DNA from: Amoebophrya sp. A120
Lineage: Eukaryota; Protista; Dinoflagellata
Direction: 5' to 3'
Length of the DNA: 64,000 bases
NCBI GenBank assembly: GCA_905178155.1
Contig: CAJINV010000018.1
Location: 1,034,609 to 1,098,608 of the forward strand
Of this stretch, positions 57,201-64,000 are shown one piece after another; within the stretch, counting starts at the first letter, position 1; each line of letters begins with the position of its first letter. The notes beneath the pieces are model-generated. The model ran no database searches and was not told the origin of the DNA. It saw only the letters and a program-made list of their open reading frames with translations. A program made the translations under genes and the position numbers.

Positions 57201-60200
57201 CGTTTTTCGCTCATCTTTTTTCTTCTTCTGCCAATATTCGTAATTCGCGTCCTGTTTCGGTACTTCTTTGAGTTTCAGCACGCCTGCCTCGCCTAGCTTC
57301 TCCATCAGCCATTTTTGCATCCCTAGCATGCTCCTGCGATTTTCTGGCACCGTCCCTGCTTTTTCCATCACCTGCTGTAGTCTTTCTAACGTCACCGACT
57401 TTCTCGGCCATTTCACCAGCTGCGTGACAGGGTTTTTCTTCTGAAGTCTTTCTTTCCCTTTTATGATCTCAATTCGCTGCCTTGAGCTTTCAACTGTCGG
57501 CACCATCAGCGTATAGCGCGCATTAAGTTTCCACCTCTTTTGCTCTTTTTCTTTCTTCTGTTTTTGTTCTTCTGTGGGCTTCTCGGGCTCTGGGATCCAC
57601 ACTATGTCTGCTAGCAGAGCTACGTGGTCCGACTCCTCTTCTTTATTCTCCCCCTCTACCTCCTTATCTTCTCCGTTTTCCTCTTTTACTGTCCGCGGTA
57701 TTTGAATTCTTTCACAGGTCTTCGCCACAACTTTTGCCCTTTTTTCCGCTATCGCTACTATATCGATCGTTGTCGGATTTTCCGGGTTTCGGAAGCATGT
57801 CGGGCCTCCTGTTGTAAGTGTTTCAGCGTGTTTGTTGAAAATCTTCTGTATCGGTTCTATTATTTCGCTGAAGTAAACTTTTTGCACTCCTGTCCGCTCC
57901 CTCTCAAATTTCACCTTTCCCCTTTCATCAATTTGATACTGACAGTTTAGGTCTCCCGCCAGTATGGCTATTCCTGCTTCTTCTATCATCTTTTCGAGTT
58001 CTGAAGTCATTTCTTGCATTTGTTTCCTTATGTGTGCTACCTCCTCGCTGTCCTTCGGTGTGTCCTTTGCCGGTCTCCGATAGAACGCGACCACTAGCAT
58101 TCCTCTTTCGTCCTCTGCTGCGATCATCCATAAAAGTATATCCTCCTTGTCTGTCACATCTCTCTGGAAGAATGCGCCCCCCCTTTCCCTTCGAAAAATC
58201 TCCTTTCTCATTGTCTTTTTTGGTAGCTTCTTCGTTTCGTCTGTGTATACGATTCCTACCGCTCCCGAGTTCATCTCTGACGCCACGCCTTTCATGTCTG
58301 TGGCGGCTGCGAAGTATATTCCTGGCCTCCCCTCTAGTCCTAATCTCTTCATCTCCTCTTCTACATGTTTGAACGCTGCCTGATCTTGTGTCAGCGCGGC
58401 GGTCTTCAACTCGGCGCAGCTCGCCCCTGTAATTTTTGGCGCTATGTCTCTGTAAGCTTTCACTAGACTAATCGCATTCAGACGCTTAACCCCGTTAATA
58501 TTCCAGAACATATGTCGCTCTCTTCTTAAATCATCTTGCCCGTCATTTCTTTCTTTTTTCTCTTCTTCCCCCATTTCTTCTTGCATTTCTCCCCTCCATA
58601 TCCCGTCTGGCTCCTCTTCATTATCATTGCGCTCTTCTTTTTCCTCCTCCATCTCACCTTCCCTCTGTTCTGTGTCCGTCCTCCTTGTGCTGTCTTCTCT
58701 TCCTTCCGGGGTTTCCCGCGGTAGCAGGCTTTCCTGCCGTTTTCTATCATCATCTCCCTCGTTCTCGTCCATCTTGTCTTTGTTTTCTTACTGTTTTTGA
58801 CTATCGGGACCGACTGCTCATTCTATTGCTACGCTAGCTGTACACTATCCAAACTTGAGCCAAAATGGCTACGGATTTCTCATGCAGGACAGGCATGACA
58901 GAGGCCTCGCAGAGTTTGTCATGCTAGGCCCCGCATTTCAGACCTCATGGGTCATGGAAAATCTGCATGACAAGTTGCATTCTTCCAGACCCAGACATAG
59001 TTGCATTTGATAGGTCAAAGTGCGTGTTCAACGGGGTCAGAAAAGGAGAGTTGGAGTGGGTGGACGCGCTGAAGGCAGATTCGTAATCCGACTGCGTTTT
59101 GGACAGCAGCTGCACGGGATAGTTGTGCTTGCTCCGGGGGCCATTGGTAACATTACTACCTCCATGCGTCATCGCGTTGTTCGGCGAGCTGCCGGACGCG
59201 CCGCTTTTGACGCTGCCGAGGGGGGAGGGCGGAGGCCGCTTATTTTTGTTCCCCGCTGTATGCGCAGCTCCCGGCGTTGTCGCGTGTTCGTCTGGAAGCA
59301 GGAGATCCATCGGGTTGTTGGTGTAGTGCTTTCCGCCAGATGAACCATTTCCCGTTGTAGTAACCACCGCTCCTGCCATCGGCGTGTATATCACACAGAA
59401 AAAAGCTGGCAGGGCATATCTGTAATGCCAAAATAAATACACAGAAAAACCTGCATTGCGTATCCGAAACAGCATTCTATGGGGCCACCTATGACAATTT
59501 TTTTTGTGTATTTATTTTTGCATTACAAATATGCCCTGCCAGCTTTTTTCTCTGGGATAGTGTAAAACGGCCGCGCATCGGCCTGTTCCGGTTGCTTTTC
59601 TGTGCAAAAGTGTCGTACTCGTAGTAATCGTAGTACTGCATTACAAATTTGCTTCTTAAGTCAAATCTGCATTACAAATTTGATTTCTCATGCTGAGAAA
59701 ATTTGTCATGCGATTTATACTAGTACGATAGTTTTGCAAAGCATAGTTGCATCAGATCGGGTGCCGCTGGCGCTGCTGCTGTGTCTATCAGGAGCATCTG
59801 GGGCTGGATGGCCAGCGGGGCAGACACGCTCATGTTCAGTAGGTTATTGTTGTTCGCCGTCGTGCTCATGCTTTGAAACAGCATGTCCTGATCGTCATCC
59901 GCATAATTGGTTGGTGGTGCAGCAATGTTGTGATCCAGCACCGGCGCAGGTCCTCCAGGTGGAGGACGATCCGCAGTTACCATACCACTACCCGTGGTGG
60001 ACATCGTTGCATCCCCGTCAGCATCAAACAGCGGGTGGTTGCTGGGTGTGCGGACTTCTTCCCTGTGATTCTCGCGCTGCTGCACGGGAGTTGCAACAAG
60101 CCTGGTGCTTGGAGGAACGGCAGCCGATGTTGCAAACGAACCTGTACTTGATGTTGCTGCTGCCCCACCAGATGAAGTGGATCCGTTCTCGAAAAACTTC

Positions 60201-63200
60201 AACAAGCCGACGTTTTTCAGCGCGATTTTTATCCGGGCTTCCCTCCCCCGGGAAAGAATCCAAAACTGCTTCCTCTTCTGCTGTAGCTTCGTAAACAGTT
60301 CGTGCAGCAGCATCACCCGCTCCTGCCCCCCGAACTCTTTCGCAGTGACTTCCTCGATGCTGTCAAGGGTAAACTTGTTCGGGTTCGCGTGCTCGGGGAC
60401 CGGCGAGCTCTGCAGCTCGGGCAGGTCGTTGTCCAGCTGCAAGGGCTGCATGTTTTCGCGCCGCCGGGACTTCCGGTCGGAGGAGGCGGAGAGCATGTAG
60501 TTGCCCATCCCTGTGTTAGGAGTAGCGCTATTATAATCCCCGGCCGGTCCCAACATGGAGGACGATGTGGCATTGTTCCAACCTCCGGGCTGCTGGTCCA
60601 GCTGCGCGGCCGCATTGAAGTTCTCATAGTGCAGATCGGTCGCGGTTTGCCGCTGGCCCAGCTATGCATTGCAAATATACATGTTCTTTGGGACTGACCG
60701 TTCTTCAGGCACATTTTGCATGACACTCATCATGTCTGTGATGCATGTTGACCTCGCATCTTCACAGAAAGTTCTGCGAGAATTTTCCTGATCATGCCTA
60801 TACCGCATCAGAAGTTTTTAGGCCCTCATCTCCACGAAGCAAAAACTAGAGTTTCCTTGCTGCTCATGCATCAATACAAACTTTTGTAGAATTTAAATGC
60901 AGCATCACAAGTAGTTGCACACTTCCCGACGACGTCGACGTCCTCTAGGGTGGATATTTGCAATGCATACCAGCATTACCGAGCTGATCAGATTGTCAAA
61001 ATCGAAGATGTAGTAGTCGTAGGTTTGTTGCTATCGTACGAAAGAAGTGTTTCACTGTAAGGATTTTGCAAGTTTTGCATTACAAGTTCGTTACACATGA
61101 CCAAGAAAACTTGCCATGCGTGCTTCCTAAGGGAAAACACGTTGAAAAACCCAGTGTCTTGCATGTGTAGCAAGACAAATAGTTGTGTGCTCCATTCTGT
61201 GCATCACAAGTTCACAGTGAAACAGCTTTTTCGTGCGATAGTTGCTGCAGCGTGTGGAAATCGGAGTAGTTACAGGACATCCCACCTAAGGACATGGACA
61301 TCTATGGAACTGTCAGGATCGAAATTGACAAAGTCGAAAAATTTGTGATGCACAAAATCGATGTCAGTTAGAGCCTCAGTTTCCAAGTGGCGCATGACAA
61401 ATTTCGGGAGCAGCCACATCCAGTCTGTCATGCTGTTTGGGCAAAGGAGACTGCTCCTGTCATGCTACTCTGGCAGCGCGTTGCATACCCCTAAACAGGC
61501 TTACAGTCGGTCCTCTTTGCCTGCTCCCCAATACAGGCCTCCAGTGCCCTACATTTTACGCATCACAAATTTTCGACTTTGTCGATTTCGATCCTGACGC
61601 ATCCATAACATCGACATCCTGAGTAAACACGTCCCCACCCCAGAGTTCTATGTAAAAATGCAGCGTTGCACTACTTACGCGAAGATTTGTCCTGTGGATC
61701 TCTATGAGACTCATTTGCAGCCGTGTTTTCGAATTTGTAATGCTGTATAACAGCAGGACATGGAGGTGGCTGCACTTGCTCAACCGCACTGCAATAAAGA
61801 CAGTAACTTGTCATGCGCAGCAGCCCAGACTTCTCGACTTGCGTTGCAAAGTTCCCAACATGATGAGCATGGGGTGGAGACGCTTTTACATATGATAATC
61901 GACGAAAGACTGACCTTTGAGTGGTGTGTCGTGCTGAAAGCGCCGAAGGTCTGTCCACCGATATTCTGCGAAGTTGTAGACTGCTTGCTGTTCAGATTGT
62001 GCCCCCCAACGCCACCGCTGACCGGGGTATCCTGAGTAAAAACGTACCCACACCAGAGTCAGGATGGGGATTTTGCAACACAAACCTAGGAGTTTTGTGA
62101 GTCACGCATGACAAGTTGCACTATGCAGTGTAGTGCAGGTTAGCAAGTGCAGCCGCATCACAGATTCATCTGCTCATCGTGTTCATAGAGTCACAAATTC
62201 CAAAACACGACTGGAAATGGCCCTCATGGGGATGCGCATTACAAGTCTTCCTGTCTTTGCAAATCTGCATCACAGCTCTGGCGTGGGTACGTTTTTACTC
62301 AGGATACGGGGAGAGGGAAACTTCCGAAGTGCTGTTGGCGGTGTCGCCGTATGAAAGTGCACAACTTCTCCACGTTCTGATTTCTCATGCAAAATACCAA
62401 CTCCACGCTCATGCAAAATACCAACTCCACGCTTCCCCTCCTATCACTATTATGCATGACAAGTTCATCTGGCAGCCCAAATAGAAGTACAATCTGTCAT
62501 GCAAAACCTGCATATTAATTCCTGCTAACGATTGCATTGCTGCTCCTGCAATACAAATGAGGGGGGACGAGGTTGTGCACTGTGATACGTCGCTCGGATT
62601 GTTTACTAGCCGGTTCGATGTCGAGGTACCTCCGCCCCGCGAACTTGGCGACGAGGGAACATGGATGTCCAGCGAAAGCCGTTTCCGCCCGTTGCTCGTC
62701 GTGGCGGGCGCAGAGAGGTTGAGGTTCGATTTTTTCCTTGGGCTCGAGCTACTGGCCGCGGCGGCGGAGTTGCCCGTCAAAGTCGTAGCATTGTTGTACG
62801 CGGACGCAGCTCCTTGTGCTGGTCCACCGTCATCGTGGACCACCTGCAGCGGATCTACCCGCCCGTTTATCGCAGTTCCTCCTGGTCCTCCTGCACTCAT
62901 GTCTTCGTCGGACGAATTGGAGGAAGACATGCCAGGAATGAACGCGTCACTCTGTTGTTGTAGCTTCTGGCGCGGTATCCTGTGCAAAGGTATCGCACTC
63001 GTAGTAATCGCAGTCATGCATTACAAATCTCCTTCCCAAGGCAAATCAGCATGACAAATTCCATTTGTAATGCTGAGCGAATTTGTATTGCAATTACTAC
63101 TAGTACGATACTTTTGCAGTGCATATGCGGTTGTTCCGCTTCATCCGGACGACCCTCTTGGTCCTGCTGCTGCAACATGATTTTCGCGGCAGGAACAAAT

Positions 63201-63786
63201 CGAGAATTTTTATCTCCACCTGCTCGGTCCGTTGTTTTATTGAGATTGGCGAAATTATTTCTCGTCGTCGTTGTGCTACCACAATTTGACGCAGGAGCAG
63301 GAGCGCACGTAGTTGTTCTTGTTCTATTCCCTCGTCCCTCGCCCTCTAAGATTTTTAACGGCTGGTCTACTTCTAGCGAGGACGTCGAAGTGGGCGACAC
63401 TACAGTATCCTTTTGATAACGTATCAAGAGGAAAAATCCCCCCTCCCCATATCGGAAACGGAAGATGCGCGAATTTGTGATGCTGTATTTGAGTACACAA
63501 ATCGACTTGTATTGCTAGAAGGCCAAGAGACGAAGCTGCGGCCTAAATTGCAGGTAATCTGTCATGCTGTTTCCCACTTCCAGTTGCCTCCTGTCATCCT
63601 GGAACTGCAAGGCTTTCCCACACTGGACAGCACTACAGTCCGCATCTTTTGCCTTCTAGCATCACAAAGCTGATTTGTGACCACAAATCTGCATCACAGA
63701 TTTCCGTTTTGATATGGGGAGGGGGCATTTTTCATTGTAATATAACGCTGGCTCCGGGGCGAAGTCAGCAAGCAGCACGCGCACAT
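51290..63786 (-). CDS. HAD-superfamily phosphatase-like protein with long low-complexity inserts, multi-exon; the 5' end may extend past the window
   Basis: Motif I YIFDFDNLI (exon 60970-61031), motif II FWILSRG, motif III KAEQI, motif IV LFLDDNKGN. Frames join across introners, including the 7-kb composite 52003-59012 (NTHFDL|KQYDSKARIL). Confidence 0.75.
51631..51944. mobile_element. Introner family F
   Basis: Family F TIRs; direct repeat cctgt; near-identical to 30639-30944. Confidence 0.9.
53114..55876 (-). CDS. LINE polyprotein C-terminal part (RT YVDD motif, thumb, possible degenerate RNase H, charged tail)
   Basis: CVQYVDDGTV and FLKILGIKI motifs; the frame is open upstream of the annotated 55780 start back to 55876 (EEVDEIYLKEAPP). 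Confidence 0.8.
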   Translation of the reverse strand, partial: EEVDEIYLKEAPPVVTGYRKGEKVTTEQGKRKVNEKGKRAETRYYSGTLPGDGKRRWTLCVQYVDDGTVVIKFFIEDIKIVARALKAASWAYEEIYATEGQFLAPQKCEVATSIEDPLKVNVIRQAFQPFGILFEEKTFLKILGIKIVPKDKTEQAKALRGQVRQSIGIGQHLACQVMAKRGRLNGEELTWVVRVFFVSAMIYFLPVMRLYFDLGDWAELMGEMALTIAETLGMTTEAVEELMARTETTAETFYRVVFGMNLLGLADPYTMGLKTLRATAQANYLTDPALFAPLATTPVKVVGEAKAGIPKTEERKMLKRKEADIALLRALKDGATVRLSPGSDLRAVGIVKERSARGPPRVEDQYTHRGSAGLVVSRNRKGGLGKKGQSDRMQKIWVKHAGQERSTTVTVQEASERTETHLRTIETKVEHLKTEIRTEEKTFAAYCNNAMRAIEIVTERRKKEGGAVQIILLDYHELREKTRGILRKGHGIGLELQETIEKAESEDPGLTIVTRWGKGTASRAEATRNIDGGTKEEIPLRVANVLNHDNEYTDWVRFDFGTKRIPLKPVWEWPEMSKIERQVYIHRKMKEKETEGDKKKENVEAGDGDEMKRGLGEKDSAKSQKKKETKKSTNTERTGKESGAASSQSKSSRANVERKQEEKGEERREGETLSETILRLIEKEKKKAEETGDEMAQGAFRIIQKATKLLQEVEEANKEDDGRKSNEKERGRREGDQGEGISEDGEEEEKKSFYGAQEYEGTRRGYVFKRGAMGQGYYIDQGPEEAARAFFRNLVAWGEDEKRDAINKERAEEGQDEKEADQEQQKRRKVEKKDEKANQNGGNEDEKKKQTTEASNFPTVEKLMADDPTTLMQKEKEQREKEKRMQEEKRRRRRMQYETPMQRELAQMYRVLEKENSDGK
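55851..58772 (-). CDS. LINE polyprotein N-terminal part (APE endonuclease and RT domains 0-4); +1 frameshift to the next part
   Basis: APE motifs MFWNINGV, CAELK, AFYRRP, AGDLNC, TTIDIV, SDHVALL; RT motifs AAGMDGL, KIRTVI, GLDASNYFNNI, LIQGAV. Confidence 0.85.
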   Translation of the reverse strand: MDENEGDDDRKRQESLLPRETPEGREDSTRRTDTEQREGEMEEEKEERNDNEEEPDGIWRGEMQEEMGEEEKKERNDGQDDLRRERHMFWNINGVKRLNAISLVKAYRDIAPKITGASCAELKTAALTQDQAAFKHVEEEMKRLGLEGRPGIYFAAATDMKGVASEMNSGAVGIVYTDETKKLPKKTMRKEIFRRERGGAFFQRDVTDKEDILLWMIAAEDERGMLVVAFYRRPAKDTPKDSEEVAHIRKQMQEMTSELEKMIEEAGIAILAGDLNCQYQIDERGKVKFERERTGVQKVYFSEIIEPIQKIFNKHAETLTTGGPTCFRNPENPTTIDIVAIAEKRAKVVAKTCERIQIPRTVKEENGEDKEVEGENKEEESDHVALLADIVWIPEPEKPTEEQKQKKEKEQKRWKLNARYTLMVPTVESSRQRIEIIKGKERLQKKNPVTQLVKWPRKSVTLERLQQVMEKAGTVPENRRSMLGMQKWLMEKLGEAGVLKLKEVPKQDANYEYWQKKKKDERKTQEKEEKDEETARRQEQKLKQDEMEKAWLASFAEKPKKEEKNEKAVYETARKVKEAVCGVGRGMPMGEAKEVTVGGTLVQGVEAATERIASSHLLKCEFVRKQNDKKHTYDGKELEKALRQLTQACKEVKSIRFTGPQLQAHVSKLNSEAAGMDGLRQGIYRALTPEQYQVLAEAFNRFLKEVEEYEMKRNEGKGPKLLEEHLNAVQVELLKKQTAATTAIEKIRTVIQGTAIVRVLLSVVVYEMARVADKNDAFTRCGSASKPGASCQATALQVLETCHEGEERGEAETPDERKEGGNGQEKRRKEAVVFGLDASNYFNNIGLPRAVAAYRAAKLHPCFIKLIIVTAWTKDLWIRDGDCYGHVLRHRELIQGAVETMLAGTLIFLPGVEIIAEFLEEIFNEDGRAEEERLKAAEAKMRTRIKRLYKGGDIDTTFPDYNVRVRRSRRDLP
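58854..58875 (-). other. Genomic copy of the dinoflagellate spliced leader at the LINE 5' end
   Basis: The minus strand reads TCCGTAGCCATTTTGGCTCAAG, an exact match to DCCGTAGCCATTTTGGCTCAAG; it is followed by TTTGG rather than a GT donor. Confidence 0.95.
59389..59559. mobile_element. Introner family J
   Basis: Long TIR tatcacacagaaaaaagctggcagggcatat...atatgccctgccagcttttttctctgggata; direct repeat gtgta. Confidence 0.85.
59596..59745. mobile_element. Introner family I
   Basis: Family I ends; direct repeat gttgc. Confidence 0.8.
60663..60969. mobile_element. Degenerate family A introner
   Basis: tatgcattgcaaatat...atatttgcaatgcata; direct repeat ccagc; frame restored on removal. Confidence 0.8.
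61032..61240. mobile_element. Introner family G
   Basis: Family G TIRs; direct repeat gttgc. Confidence 0.85.
61303..61607. mobile_element. Introner family C
   Basis: Family C TIRs; direct repeat acatc. Confidence 0.85.
61615..61897. mobile_element. Introner family B (diverged)
   Basis: Family B ends; direct repeat atcga. Confidence 0.8.
62028..62306. mobile_element. Introner family B (inverted near-copy of 4724-5002)
   Basis: Near-perfect TIRs; direct repeat cgggg. Confidence 0.9.
62350..62587. mobile_element. Introner family D
   Basis: Family D TIRs; flanks cgccg/cgtcg; small internal tandem duplication of ctcatgcaaaataccaactccacg. Confidence 0.8.
62976..63125. mobile_element. Introner family I
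   Basis: Family I TIRs; flanks cgcgg/tgcgg. Confidence 0.8.
63422..63742. mobile_element. Introner family E (right tip resembles family F)
   Basis: tatcaagaggaaaaatccccctccccatat...atatggggagggggcatttttcattgtaata; direct repeat taacg. Confidence 0.85.
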
Positions 63787-63789
63787 TGA

Positions 63790-63904
63790 TATCAAATGCA
63801 AAAATGTCTGGGTCTGGAAGATTCTAAACTTGTCATGCTGTCTTTGGATTCCAAAAACATCTGTATTGCGTGACCAACAACAGGAGTCCAGTTTGTGTTA
63901 CGCG
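63790..63904. mobile_element. Left arm of a family A introner interrupted by a LINE
   Basis: tatcaaatgcaaaaatgtctgggtctggaag TIR; the introner sequence stops abruptly at a (tag)n run. Confidence 0.85.
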
Positions 63905-64000
63905 TAGTAGTAGTAGTAGTAGTAGTAACCATTTAACTCCTGGCGGGTTGGCGTTAGAACAGATTTAGCCTCTGCCAATACCTGGGCGTTAGAACAGATT
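63905..64000 (-). mobile_element. 3' end of a third copy of the introner-nested LINE (runs off the window)
   Basis: (tag)n tail followed by accatttaactcctggcggg and the 35-bp repeat, nearly identical to 52116-52204. Confidence 0.9.

Larger units (their letters stand above)
52115..58875 (-). mobile_element. Full-length APE-RT non-LTR retrotransposon (LINE) with a spliced-leader 5' end and a (TAC)n tail
   Basis: Endonuclease and RT motifs in 53114-58772; 5' end equals the dinoflagellate SL; 3' end carries 35-bp repeats at 52152-52221 and a tactactac tail. Confidence 0.9.
52003..59012. mobile_element. Family A introner split by a full-length LINE (left arm 52003-52114, right arm 58876-59012)
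   Basis: TIRs tatgcattgcaactatgtctgg / ccagacatagttgcatttgata; direct repeat ggtca on both sides; host frame restored by removing 7015 nt. Confidence 0.9.

Noticed and set aside
58854-58875. SL RNA gene, or an SL-gene-targeting element like SLACS/NeSL
   Set aside because: There is no GT donor or SL intron after the exon, and both outer flanks are introner halves, so it is better explained as a retrocopied leader.
1-64000. Autonomous transposase for the introners, and tRNA/rRNA genes
   Set aside because: The only DDE domain I recognised is the copia integrase, and I saw no tRNA or rRNA by eye. A tRNAscan/Infernal run would be needed to exclude small RNAs.

Overview
Eukaryotic genomic DNA, almost certainly from a dinoflagellate-lineage organism and most likely the syndinian parasite Amoebophrya. 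This is inferred from an exact 22-nt dinoflagellate spliced leader and dense non-canonical TIR introns. All host genes I could reconstruct lie on the minus strand: a multi-domain GT31 glycosyltransferase, an SLC35F6-like transporter, a HAD-family phosphatase, and coiled-coil, membrane or secreted proteins. They are interrupted by about 57 introner elements in about 11 families, most with TA...TA termini, terminal inverted repeats and 5-bp direct repeats. Removing an element plus one repeat copy restores the reading frame in every case I checked. The window also holds an intact, recent Ty1/copia element (37298-44350) and a perfect 203-bp-arm hairpin. The main discovery candidate is an APE-RT non-LTR retrotransposon family found three times (29189-29530 as a 5'-truncated copy, 52115-58875 full length, and 63905 to the window end). 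Each copy sits inside a family-A introner, about 112-115 bp from the same TIR end and in the same orientation. The full-length copy begins exactly with the dinoflagellate spliced leader. This suggests a LINE that targets introners as a spliced-out safe haven and regenerates its 5' end by trans-splicing.
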